A DNA stretch of 64,000 nt from an uncultured Candidatus Saccharibacteria bacterium (GTDB taxonomy: Bacteria; Patescibacteriota; Saccharimonadia; Saccharimonadales; JACDBH01), in assembly GCA_965231105.1 (NCBI GenBank), contig OZ246417.1, forward strand, positions 448,908 through 512,907, read 5' to 3'. This document shows positions 42,865 to 50,930 of this stretch, piece after piece (the stretch's first letter is position 1; the number at the start of each line of letters is the position of its first letter). The translations under genes were made by a program, and so were the position numbers. A model generated the notes under the pieces. It did no database searches. It had not been told where the DNA came from and saw nothing but the letters and a program-made list of their open reading frames with translations.

Positions 42865-43326
42865 TTACTGGACTACGATTGTACCAGTATGGGAGTCGTT
42901 TTCGTGGTTATGATAGCCCCAAGTGCCTGCTCTGGTTACCATAAATGTTTCGCTTCCATCTTCAGCCACTACGCCAACATTCAGTTCAGAGTTGTCTGTA
43001 TGAACCGGATGATCATTTGAGGCAAAGTCCAGGTCACTATCCGAAGCATTCACAATCCTGATGGTATCGCCAGATTTAACAGTAACAGTTGCAGGACTAA
43101 AACCATTTGCACCGTAAGTGATAGTTGCCGCGATAGTTTCCTCATCGCTTGCTGTATCTTCTGCAGGAGTGGTTGATCCAGATCCTGAATTTGTATCAGT
43201 GGTCGTTTGCGTTGTAGTGGTTGTTTCGGTTGTCGGCTCATCATCTTTATTCATTGAAGTAAATGCCACAACGCCACCACCAATCACTAATAACGCCACA
43301 ATAGCAGCTACAACACCTTTGTTCAT
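42865..43326 (-). CDS. Secreted cupredoxin-fold-like protein without Cys ligand
   Basis: 153 aa. N-terminal anchor/signal, a Thr-rich linker, and a cupredoxin-like core (FSPATVTVKSGDTIRIVN..HP.H...GTWGYHNH). His-rich, with no cysteine. Confidence 0.55.
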   Translation of the reverse strand: MNKGVVAAIVALLVIGGGVVAFTSMNKDDEPTTETTTTTQTTTDTNSGSGSTTPAEDTASDEETIAATITYGANGFSPATVTVKSGDTIRIVNASDSDLDFASNDHPVHTDNSELNVGVVAEDGSETFMVTRAGTWGYHNHENDSHTGTIVVQ

Positions 43327-43970
43327 ACTTCCTCCTTTACCTTATTTCGACTTGTATAGATATATACAAGCGCCCCCAGCAAACTAATGCCGTATATCCA
43401 CCATACCACACGGAACCAGCCTGGTTGAAGCTGCCTTCCAAGCCGCAAGGCATGAATAAAGATAAGAACCATGCCAATATCAGAAATGCGTTCTATGTAT
43501 TTCCACCACGATTTATCTTGAAACCATCTATGAAGTTCGTAGCTGAGGAAAATAAGGAGGCTGAGACTGCCCAGCAAAGCTGCCCGGCTCGCTTTCTTTG
43601 AGACATAGTTATCTAAATAACTGGTAGGAGGCAGTCCAAAGCCATCACGCCATAACTGCCATATTAAAAGCCCTGGATGGAGGAGGATACATAGCAAGAC
43701 AAATACACTGGTTAGCTCAAAATAATCTTTTAGAACTTCTTTGCCAAAACCTAAGTATCGCCTAAGCACCCCTGCCATATAGTGAGACCACATCACACTA
43801 AACGCCAGCAAACCAAATAATGGAAAGAGTTTATACGGGGTTAGTTTATCGAGCTGCCACTTTAAATCACTGCCCCACGCGATAAAAGCAACGATACTTA
43901 CCGCTATGCTCAATGCCCAGGCACCAATTTGCAGCTGAGCTGGTGTCTTATTTGATGTTTTCACGGCCAT
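43323..43970 (-). CDS. Six-TM membrane protein, ferric-reductase/MsrQ-like (possible heme b binding)
   Basis: 215 aa with six predicted helices. Single His residues sit inside four of them (MWSHYM, ILLHPG, YELHRW, IFIHAL). Confidence 0.4.
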   Translation of the reverse strand: MAVKTSNKTPAQLQIGAWALSIAVSIVAFIAWGSDLKWQLDKLTPYKLFPLFGLLAFSVMWSHYMAGVLRRYLGFGKEVLKDYFELTSVFVLLCILLHPGLLIWQLWRDGFGLPPTSYLDNYVSKKASRAALLGSLSLLIFLSYELHRWFQDKSWWKYIERISDIGMVLIFIHALRLGRQLQPGWFRVVWWIYGISLLGALVYIYTSRNKVKEEV

Positions 43971-44505
43971 GCTTTAACACTTTAGCCATCCAAATAAGTT
44001 CATCGTAAGCTTTTCGAACAGAGCCCTCGGTTCGTTCTTCAGTTGGCTTACCATTTTCATCAAATAATTTATCAACGTACGGAAAGTAAGGACTGGTAAA
44101 GGTAACGATTAGTCCCATTTCGCGCACACTCGGCACTAGAGACTCAACAGCACGTACGCCTCCCCAGTTGCCATCACTAGCCCCTGCTATCGCTACCGGT
44201 TTATGGACGTAGTTTTTTAACTCAGAATCCAGCATGCGCTTCAGACTACCAGGGAAGCTATGGTTATATTCAGGCGTCACGATGAAAAATGCATCTGCTC
44301 GTGCCGTTAATTCCGTGTAACGAGGATCTTTACCTTCAGGGTCATTGCCATCATTCGGAAAGTTAAAATCTTTCGGATCGACTAACTCAATCTCAAGATC
44401 AGGATATGATCTTCCCACTTCAGCGACATATTCTGCCGCCTTAATTGATTGCCTTTTCTCTCTTGTTGTACCTGCAAGAACTAAAATAAAAAGTTTGTCT
44501 GCCAT
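43948..44505 (-). CDS. NAD(P)H-dependent FMN reductase
   Basis: Flavodoxin-like pattern LVLAGTTREKRQS and FFIVTPEYNHSFPGSLKRMLD. The track ORF begins at 44556; the ATG at 44505 (MADKLFILV) is more plausible. Confidence 0.8.
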   Translation of the reverse strand: MADKLFILVLAGTTREKRQSIKAAEYVAEVGRSYPDLEIELVDPKDFNFPNDGNDPEGKDPRYTELTARADAFFIVTPEYNHSFPGSLKRMLDSELKNYVHKPVAIAGASDGNWGGVRAVESLVPSVREMGLIVTFTSPYFPYVDKLFDENGKPTEERTEGSVRKAYDELIWMAKVLKHGRENIK

Positions 44506-44536
44506 AGAAATATGATAACAAATTGTATGGACTCGC

Positions 44537-45160
44537 CTAGGCGCCCATACGTTCAAGATCGTCGGGAAGCGGCAATGGAGTAACTGGATACAATGTTACC
44601 TCTTGAGGTATAACACGCTCTAAAAGACTCACCGCTTTATGAAAATTATCAGTGTTATCACTATGCACCAGGGTAATGTCCGGCGTAAAAGGCGCGAAGG
44701 CCAGACCATTCCCTGTTATAACTTCTATGCGACGTGAATACATGGCATTCTCAGAGGCAAGCACATTTCCCCTATCTTCGATTACTACTCCTATTTTGGA
44801 TCCACCATGCTGCTTTCTTATTGGCTTAATACCTCGTATAGGCAGTGTTAACGTATGATTTGCTGTCGGGCTAGGCGTTGCCATAACAAGGGTAATTATC
44901 TCCGAGAGGGGCACGGGTAGATTCCCGTTTATGGCTGCCCTTGTTTCATGAAGCCCTATTAAACCAAGCGATACCTCGCGACTAATAAAGTCGTAGCCGA
45001 GATCATAGAGTCTCTTGGCGGCTTCATCGTCAACACTGTGCCCCAACCCAGACGCCATACGTTCAATACGAAACGCTGGTCTCTCCAGGGCTTTCTGTGC
45101 TTCTTTTCGAGAACGTAAATTCATTGCGACGATTGTGAATTCTCTCTTATAAAAATGCAA
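44537..45160 (-). CDS. Hypothetical protein
   Basis: 207-aa ORF on the same strand as its neighbours. No recognisable motif and the start is uncertain. Confidence 0.4.
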   Translation of the reverse strand: MHFYKREFTIVAMNLRSRKEAQKALERPAFRIERMASGLGHSVDDEAAKRLYDLGYDFISREVSLGLIGLHETRAAINGNLPVPLSEIITLVMATPSPTANHTLTLPIRGIKPIRKQHGGSKIGVVIEDRGNVLASENAMYSRRIEVITGNGLAFAPFTPDITLVHSDNTDNFHKAVSLLERVIPQEVTLYPVTPLPLPDDLERMGA

Positions 45161-45234
45161 GCACGAGCGAAATATTTTACTGCACTGCCTTAAGAGAAGA
45201 TATACACTATTTGTTACTAAATGGAGGCCACATC

Positions 45235-45336
45235 ATGAAGAACTGGCAAAAGATTGCAGATCAAGAATTTAAAAACATGGATGCCGAAGAACAAGCCTCA
45301 TTTGCAGATCTCCGTCGACGCGTCATGAAACATTAG
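45235..45336 (+). CDS. Possible 33-aa small protein; absent from the ORF track
   Basis: MKNWQKIADQEFKNMDAEEQASFADLRRRVMKH, with a GGAGG RBS 7 nt upstream. Its stop overlaps the convergent gene's stop by 4 nt, like the other plus-strand genes here. Confidence 0.25.
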   Translation: MKNWQKIADQEFKNMDAEEQASFADLRRRVMKH

Positions 45337-45848
45337 ATATTGTGCGAACAACGAATACCATCTGAGTATTTGAGCCGAAAGGCATAGCTTTTACTTGTAC
45401 TTGGCTCGACAATTTCTTTTCTCTCATAATCACATGAAGCGGGAAAACGATATTCAATTTCGCCATAGTCTGGCTCTTTATTGGTAAAGGTATAGACCGT
45501 GCTGGTATAAGGATCGGTAAGACTCTCTTTATTAGTTGTTGCAGTTAAGAAGCCACTCCAGCCATCGGCTGTAGATTTAGGATAACTTCCTACATTTATT
45601 TGGTATGCCAATAAAAGACCATGAATGCCGTAGTGGCGGTCCCATTTTTGAGTGTCTTTTGCCTTCTTTTGTTCACTTGATAATGGAGCAATATCGGTAG
45701 CTACTGAAGATTTAGGGGAATCAGTGGATTCGGACCCCAGAACAAACCAGCCTACCAGCCCCAGTACACCCAGGACGACCATAATTAACCCAATGCCCGC
45801 CAGGCCAAAGCCTTTTTGATTTTTATGCATATGCTTAAAACTATACAA
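45333..45848 (-). CDS. Pilin-like protein with degenerate class III signal
   Basis: 171 aa. N-terminus KGFGLAGIGLIMVVLGVL; the globular part begins with AKDTQKWDRHYGIHGLLLAYQINVGSYP, resembling the type IV pilin/pseudopilin head helix (D..R..D......Y....G.YP). Confidence 0.4.
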   Translation of the reverse strand: MYSFKHMHKNQKGFGLAGIGLIMVVLGVLGLVGWFVLGSESTDSPKSSVATDIAPLSSEQKKAKDTQKWDRHYGIHGLLLAYQINVGSYPKSTADGWSGFLTATTNKESLTDPYTSTVYTFTNKEPDYGEIEYRFPASCDYERKEIVEPSTSKSYAFRLKYSDGIRCSHNI

Positions 45849-45883
45849 CCTAAGCGTACATAAAACGAGAAGGATCGAATATA

Positions 45884-47077
45884 TTAGCTTATAAAGGTCA
45901 GGGCATAACCCGTTCGACCGGCACGTCCAGCCCGGCCAATTCGGTGCACATAGTCTTCATAGGTTTTTGGCTGAGAGAAATTGATAACGTGCGTAACGTC
46001 AGCTACATCAATACCTCGTGCTGCCACATCAGTAGCGACAAGTACATGGATCTCACTGTCTTTAAAACGCTTTAAGGCGCGCTGACGTTGTCCTTGGCTC
46101 TTACCACCATGGATAGAGTCGGCTTTAAAGCCGCGACCCAATAGAACCTCATTAAGCCGTTCAACACTTCGCTGTGTTTCATCAAATACAAGAGTTTTAC
46201 CCACATGCTCCTGCAATAGAATATCGTGCAGTTTATCAATCTTGTCAGCCGGGCCGACATAGCGGACAATGTTCTGATCAACTAAATCGCTCGTCTCACC
46301 GGTTTTTAACGAAATGGTTCGTGGATTATCAGTAAAGTTAAGGATAAGATTCTGGACTCGTGCATCCTGAGTCGCGGAGAAGAACAGAGATTGTCTTGGT
46401 TCTTGAATGAGGTTTAGAATTTTTGTGACATCATCGACAAAGCCCATATCAAGCATACGATCAACTTCGTCCAAGACAACAATATTGAAAGATGCGAGAT
46501 TTAAACTACGTCGTTCAATATGGTCTTTTATGCGTCCAGGTGTACCGATAACAACTTGTGGATTATTCCTTAAATCTCTCAGCTGCGGTCCAATCGCAGT
46601 ACCGCCAATCAGGAGCGCTCCGTATAAACCGCTGCCTTTCGCAATCCAGCGACACTCCTGCTCAATCTGCTGCGCTAATTCACGTGTTGGGGCAATGATA
46701 AGCCCTCTACTCGTACGATCGGTGAGTAGTTTATGCATCGTCGGAACTGCAAAGGCGACCGTTTTACCTGTACCAGTGTTGGCGATACCAATAACATCAG
46801 CACCTTCCAATGCCACTGGTATCGTCTGATCCTGGATAGGAGTCGGCGTAATAAAGCCTTTTACTGCAATATTTTGAGCAAGTAAAGGATGGATACTAAA
46901 GTCACTGAACTGGTTTTGAGCAACATATGCTTCAACCTCAACAGCCTTAGCGGGCTGCACGAAACGAGAAGGATCTATGTATTTACCGTAACGGCTGGTG
47001 TTATTATTGCGGCTGCCCGTACGGCGCTTATGGTTTGCGGAATTATAGACCGATCGCCGTTTGTTATATGAAGACAT
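45884..47077 (-). CDS. DEAD-box ATP-dependent RNA helicase (DEVD variant)
   Basis: 397 aa. Q-motif region, Walker A ANTGTGKT, PTRELA, DEVD in place of DEAD, SAT, and HRIGRAGRAG. Confidence 0.95.
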   Translation of the reverse strand: MSSYNKRRSVYNSANHKRRTGSRNNNTSRYGKYIDPSRFVQPAKAVEVEAYVAQNQFSDFSIHPLLAQNIAVKGFITPTPIQDQTIPVALEGADVIGIANTGTGKTVAFAVPTMHKLLTDRTSRGLIIAPTRELAQQIEQECRWIAKGSGLYGALLIGGTAIGPQLRDLRNNPQVVIGTPGRIKDHIERRSLNLASFNIVVLDEVDRMLDMGFVDDVTKILNLIQEPRQSLFFSATQDARVQNLILNFTDNPRTISLKTGETSDLVDQNIVRYVGPADKIDKLHDILLQEHVGKTLVFDETQRSVERLNEVLLGRGFKADSIHGGKSQGQRQRALKRFKDSEIHVLVATDVAARGIDVADVTHVINFSQPKTYEDYVHRIGRAGRAGRTGYALTFIS

Positions 47078-47243
47078 AAAAAAGAATCCTTGTTTTAGTT
47101 AATTACCTGATTGCTCGATGAAGCCAAGGTAATAATCAAAAACTCGGATTCAATGTGATAACAATATATATACATTAGCACTATATCTATACTGTGTCAA
47201 TTTTTATCCCTCTTTATATATGCTGTCGTAGTGCAAATAAAAC

Positions 47244-47269
47244 AAAAAAGCACCAACAAATGTTGATGC
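47244..47269 (-). terminator. Intrinsic terminator directly after tmRNA
   Basis: Minus-strand stem GCATCAAC / GTTGGTGC (8 bp, one G-U pair) with a short loop, followed by TTTTTT. Confidence 0.6.
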
Positions 47270-47274
47270 GTTTT

Positions 47275-47674
47275 TGGTGGAGCTGGCGGGAATTGGACCC
47301 GCGTCCGTTCGGTTACGCGTTGGCTATCTACAGGCTTAGGTTGTTTTAAAATCTTAGGCAAGCTGTCTATAAAACATCCAAAATGACAGTGTGCAGCAAC
47401 CTATAGTCTTAGTACGGGCTTAAGGTAAAGGCCTGTACGCAATCAGAAAATATAAGACCGTTCGTTCTATCTGATATCGGACGATTGGTCGCAGAGGCAA
47501 TTAAGCTACTGCTGGTGCGAAAGCTGGCACGGTGAAAGCAGCCTTAAGGCTGTTCCATGCGCTAGCAACGCGTTGAGTAAGTGTTGCACTTATTCAGTTT
47601 GCCCTATAACGCTGAGCAAGCGACCTGCAAGGTCCAACTTGTAAATGTCCAAACGTCGAAGCTATATCAGCCCC
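47275..47674 (-). ncRNA. ssrA: Transfer-messenger RNA (tmRNA, SsrA)
   Basis: On the minus strand the 5' end is GGGGCTGATATAGCTTCGACG and the 3' end is GGACGCGGGTCCAATTCCCGCCAGCTCCACCA (tRNA-Ala-like acceptor/T-arm with CCA). An internal tag frame ends ...GCAGUAGCUUAA. Confidence 0.9.
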
Positions 47675-47735
47675 ATGTTGTCCACCACAAATGGTGGTCT
47701 GTCTATTATACCACTTATGCCAATTATTTTCCACT

Positions 47736-48503
47736 CTAGTAAGAAGTGGATGAACAGTAGTCTATATATTCATAACAGCGCGTTGTCGTGTAGCTCCCGT
47801 CTGAGCCAGTCGTCGTACAGCTATTTATATATGAATAGCAATGTGTATTGTAGTAGTTGCCGTAGGAATCCGAGGTGTTGCACGAGTTAATATAGTCGTA
47901 ACAGTTTGTGTTGCTGTAATAACCATCTGAGCCACTGGTATTGCAGGAATTTATATACTCGTAACAGTGAGTGTTGTAGTAATCTCCGTCAGATGTCGTC
48001 GTACTACATGAATTAATATAGCTATAACAATGCACATTCGCATAATTACCGTTTGAATCGTATATATTGCAGCTATTGAGCGAGCTGTAGCAATTCACCG
48101 AAATATAGTTACCACTTGAGTCGTAGATATTACAGCCACTCGAACAAAAATCAGTACTGTTAGACGAATACTGGCTATAGAAGTTTGCGTTCGCAGAACT
48201 GGTCCAGTCTATAGAAGAAGTATCAAAGCCTCCCACATTGGTCTGTGACAAGAAATTATCAAGGTTTTGCTCCTGCTCTTCTGAAAATTCTACATCTGAT
48301 GTGCCGGGTGCGGTAGAGAGTGAAGTTACTTCAGAGCCGGAGCTTGCCATCGGCTTTACGGCCAAATCGGAACTTGTGGCTAAAACATACGCTGTAGCAC
48401 TAAAACTGCTCACAAAAAATAGGATAGCCAGTATTAACTTTAACCGATATCGCTTCTGCTCACGCGTGAGTGAACGAGACTTTTTCCTGCCAAATAACTT
48501 CAC
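47736..48503 (-). CDS. Secreted/anchored protein with 21-aa Cys/Tyr-rich tandem repeats
   Basis: 255 aa. A basic N-tail and TM/signal helix (LILAILFFVSSFSATAYVLA) are followed by a C-terminal half built of CY.YINSC-.T..SDG.YYNTH units. Confidence 0.65.
   Translation of the reverse strand: MKLFGRKKSRSLTREQKRYRLKLILAILFFVSSFSATAYVLATSSDLAVKPMASSGSEVTSLSTAPGTSDVEFSEEQEQNLDNFLSQTNVGGFDTSSIDWTSSANANFYSQYSSNSTDFCSSGCNIYDSSGNYISVNCYSSLNSCNIYDSNGNYANVHCYSYINSCSTTTSDGDYYNTHCYEYINSCNTSGSDGYYSNTNCYDYINSCNTSDSYGNYYNTHCYSYINSCTTTGSDGSYTTTRCYEYIDYCSSTSY
47739..48146 (-). repeat. In-frame 63-nt tandem coding repeats (about 6 units)
   Basis: Cys at residues 138/159/180/201/222/243 and at 124/145/166/187/208/229/250. 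This is an exact 21-residue period. Confidence 0.8.
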
Positions 48504-48563
48504 TTTCGTACCTTTCTAGATACGTTTACTAGAAGTTATTATACCATCTAAATAGTTTAAATG

Positions 48564-49874
48564 CTAGTGACCAACCGCTATAACAGGCTCTTCCTGATGA
48601 AGGGCATGCTTGCTTGGCTTATAGAGCAGATTAAACATGAGGCCACCAATAATCACGATTGATCCACCGACAATGACTGGGACATTAATACCAAGTGTTG
48701 CGACATACCCTGCAATGATCGCCGGGATTGCCTGCGCCAACGCTTGAACACTCGCTTCGATACCTAAGACTTCACCCTGAATTTTCTTATCAGCCGATAG
48801 GCTCACGAGCGCGGAAAGATTAGCCATGGTAAGACCGTTAAAGATAGCAATGAGTGGTGAGACCATTAATAGCTGGGCGGTATTGTGCGGTATAAGCTGT
48901 GCAAACAAGGCGATACCGTTTCCGAGCAAGCTGATACGCAGGATCTGGTGATTCTTAAAACGCTTTGCAAGTAATGGTGTCAGCACCGCCTGCGTTACCG
49001 CGATACAGATACCAATGTAGGCAAAGAAGTCTCCAACATTATCAACTCTAAAGCCGAGCTTTTGAATGAGCAGAATCTGGAAGAAGGTCGTGAAGAATGT
49101 AAAGCCACCCCAGAATAAGAATTCAGAAGCAAAAATAACTCTTAAAGATGGATGAAGTGCAGCCTTCTTGATGTTATCAAGCGACTTATTCCATGCGAGC
49201 TTAAGCTTGTTATTGATATGCTTGTGTGTTTCCGGCAGGATTGCTAGAACCAGCAGGGCATTGATCATGCTTAAGATTGTCGCAAACCAAAACGGTATAG
49301 CTGAGCCGAACCAACCTGGTGTATCAAACAGACCAAAGAAACTAACCCCAGGCGTGGCAAGCCGAGCACCAATATACGGTCCAGCCACAAAGCCAATACC
49401 GAAGGCTGCACCAATAAGACCAAAATTCCGTGTTCGTTTTTCTGGCGGGCTCACATCGGCAATCACTGCACGAGCAACACTGATGTTTCCACCCGTGATG
49501 CCGTCAAGGGCACGCGAGAAGAAGAGCAAAGGAATGTTTTTGGTGATAATACCGATTGCAAATAAAGCATACCCGACAGCCGTACCAACTAAACTAAAAC
49601 TCAGGATTTTCTTACGGCCATAACGGTCACTTAATTGTCCAAGTATAGGAGTTGCAAGGAACTGCATGAGCGGGTAAATAGCAGTAAGCCAACCAAGCAA
49701 AATCAATGACTGCGTATAGCTATAACCTGCTGGTTCAAAAATCGTAAAGATAAGCTGGGGCAAGACAGGTACAAGAATGCTTACGCCTAGTACATCGATA
49801 AAGATCGTCATAATAACGATCGGCAACGTTTTCTTTTCTAATTTCGCACTAAACGCGTTTTTAATTTTCTCCAT
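48564..49874 (-). CDS. MFS transporter (drug:H+ antiporter-like)
   Basis: 436 aa with about 12 TM helices. MFS motif A GQLSDRYGRKK and an antiporter-type motif. Confidence 0.9.
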   Translation of the reverse strand: MEKIKNAFSAKLEKKTLPIVIMTIFIDVLGVSILVPVLPQLIFTIFEPAGYSYTQSLILLGWLTAIYPLMQFLATPILGQLSDRYGRKKILSFSLVGTAVGYALFAIGIITKNIPLLFFSRALDGITGGNISVARAVIADVSPPEKRTRNFGLIGAAFGIGFVAGPYIGARLATPGVSFFGLFDTPGWFGSAIPFWFATILSMINALLVLAILPETHKHINNKLKLAWNKSLDNIKKAALHPSLRVIFASEFLFWGGFTFFTTFFQILLIQKLGFRVDNVGDFFAYIGICIAVTQAVLTPLLAKRFKNHQILRISLLGNGIALFAQLIPHNTAQLLMVSPLIAIFNGLTMANLSALVSLSADKKIQGEVLGIEASVQALAQAIPAIIAGYVATLGINVPVIVGGSIVIIGGLMFNLLYKPSKHALHQEEPVIAVGH

Positions 49875-49886
49875 ACATCCCTTTCT

Positions 49887-50351
49887 TTATATGTCTTTCC
49901 CGAGTTTTATACAGGTAGTGGTAAATACTTTTTCGCACATGGCACTTAAGGCATGCTGCTCTTCTTTTTTAAGACTTGCAAATAGTGGCTTATATTCATT
50001 AACCAGTAGCTGCATGGCCTCGTCTGCGAGCCGTTTACCCTTCGTCGATAGGTTGATAATGTGATTACGACGATTTTCTGGATCCACCCGTTGTTCTATC
50101 AGGCCGTCTGCTTTTAGCAAGTGGATTTGCCTGCTTACCGCCGCTTCGGTCTGGTCAAGCCAGGCCGCAATGCTTGTTTGTAACACCCCTTCTTGATGCT
50201 TATTTAAAATCCATAAGATCTTAAATTGCGCCATACCGCAGCCATACATTGCTTGCAAGGCGCGATCAGCCACCCTGCCGAGCACAGAGGAGAGGCGATG
50301 AATATTTGTAGCCAGTAGGGCCGTGTCGGCCGAACTCTTGCTTGTGTCCAC
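49887..50351 (-). CDS. MarR family transcriptional regulator
   Basis: 154 aa with a winged-HTH core (QFKILWIL...QTSIAAWLDQTEAAVSRQIHLLKADGLIEQRVDPENRRNHIINLT). It lies immediately upstream of the MFS gene. GTG start. Confidence 0.85.
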   Translation of the reverse strand: MDTSKSSADTALLATNIHRLSSVLGRVADRALQAMYGCGMAQFKILWILNKHQEGVLQTSIAAWLDQTEAAVSRQIHLLKADGLIEQRVDPENRRNHIINLSTKGKRLADEAMQLLVNEYKPLFASLKKEEQHALSAMCEKVFTTTCIKLGKDI

Positions 50352-50361
50352 GCATAAAAAC

Positions 50362-50373
50362 TTAACATGTTAA
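50362..50373. promoter_or_regulatory. Perfect 12-bp palindrome TTAACATGTTAA, candidate MarR operator
   Basis: Self-complementary sequence 11 nt upstream of the marR start, in the divergent intergenic region. Confidence 0.35.
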
Positions 50374-50471
50374 CTATTAACACGTCAAGCATTATATGCA
50401 TGTATGTAGCCAATAGGTATTTATTACAACAAAAGGGCAGGGGAGGTGTACTATACTTTGACAATATATTT

Positions 50472-50930
50472 ATGAGTGAAGTCAATTCATCTTCCCCCAC
50501 CCCCCAACGATCTAGTGAAGAAAAATTTAAAGCTGTTGACGCATTAGTACATATGGCTTTTGGCGTCCTCCATCCTATCGCCCAGATTGAGTTACAACGT
50601 TCTTTGCAAAGAACTGCGCGACAAATTGAAGCAGGCAAGTGGGTTGTACAGCTGTTTTTAAGCGATGATCCGGCAGTACGCGCCGATCCTAAAATGGTTT
50701 CCTGGATAGCCCTTCCCTACTCGTATAAAACGGATGAAACGGTCATACAGGTAAATGGTGGTCAAATGTACGTACTGAACGAAAACTATAATAGAGACAT
50801 TGCAACCTGCCCTGGTATAGGTGAACTGCCTCGTTTCGTAGTGCAGCAAAGCGATATAGACTACGAAAGTGTCGCAGTGTGGCATCAGCTTCACGAGGAA
50901 GGGCTCACGCAGCTAGATCAACCAGAGTAG
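50472..50930 (+). CDS. Hypothetical protein, divergent from marR
   Basis: The track ORF starts at 50367, inside the marR promoter region. The ATG at 50472 (MSEVNSSSPTPQRS) is the more plausible start. No recognisable motif. Confidence 0.4.
   Translation: MSEVNSSSPTPQRSSEEKFKAVDALVHMAFGVLHPIAQIELQRSLQRTARQIEAGKWVVQLFLSDDPAVRADPKMVSWIALPYSYKTDETVIQVNGGQMYVLNENYNRDIATCPGIGELPRFVVQQSDIDYESVAVWHQLHEEGLTQLDQPE

Noticed and set aside
47078-47736. Genomic island integrated at the tmRNA gene
   Set aside because: No integrase or recombinase ORF flanks ssrA, and I saw no obvious duplicate of the tmRNA 3' end nearby. The flanking genes are a housekeeping DEAD-box helicase and the repeat protein.
47739-48146. 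63-nt periodic repeats that might at first be taken for a CRISPR array or a non-coding tandem repeat
   Set aside because: The period is in frame within a 255-aa ORF. The repeat units are contiguous with no spacers, they diverge at synonymous and non-synonymous sites, and no cas genes are present. These are coding repeats.
50204-50638. 144-aa minus-strand ORF spanning the marR 5' end and the divergent intergenic region
   Set aside because: It overlaps the well-supported MarR frame and the promoter region. It is Cys/Trp-rich with no motifs, so it is most likely spurious.
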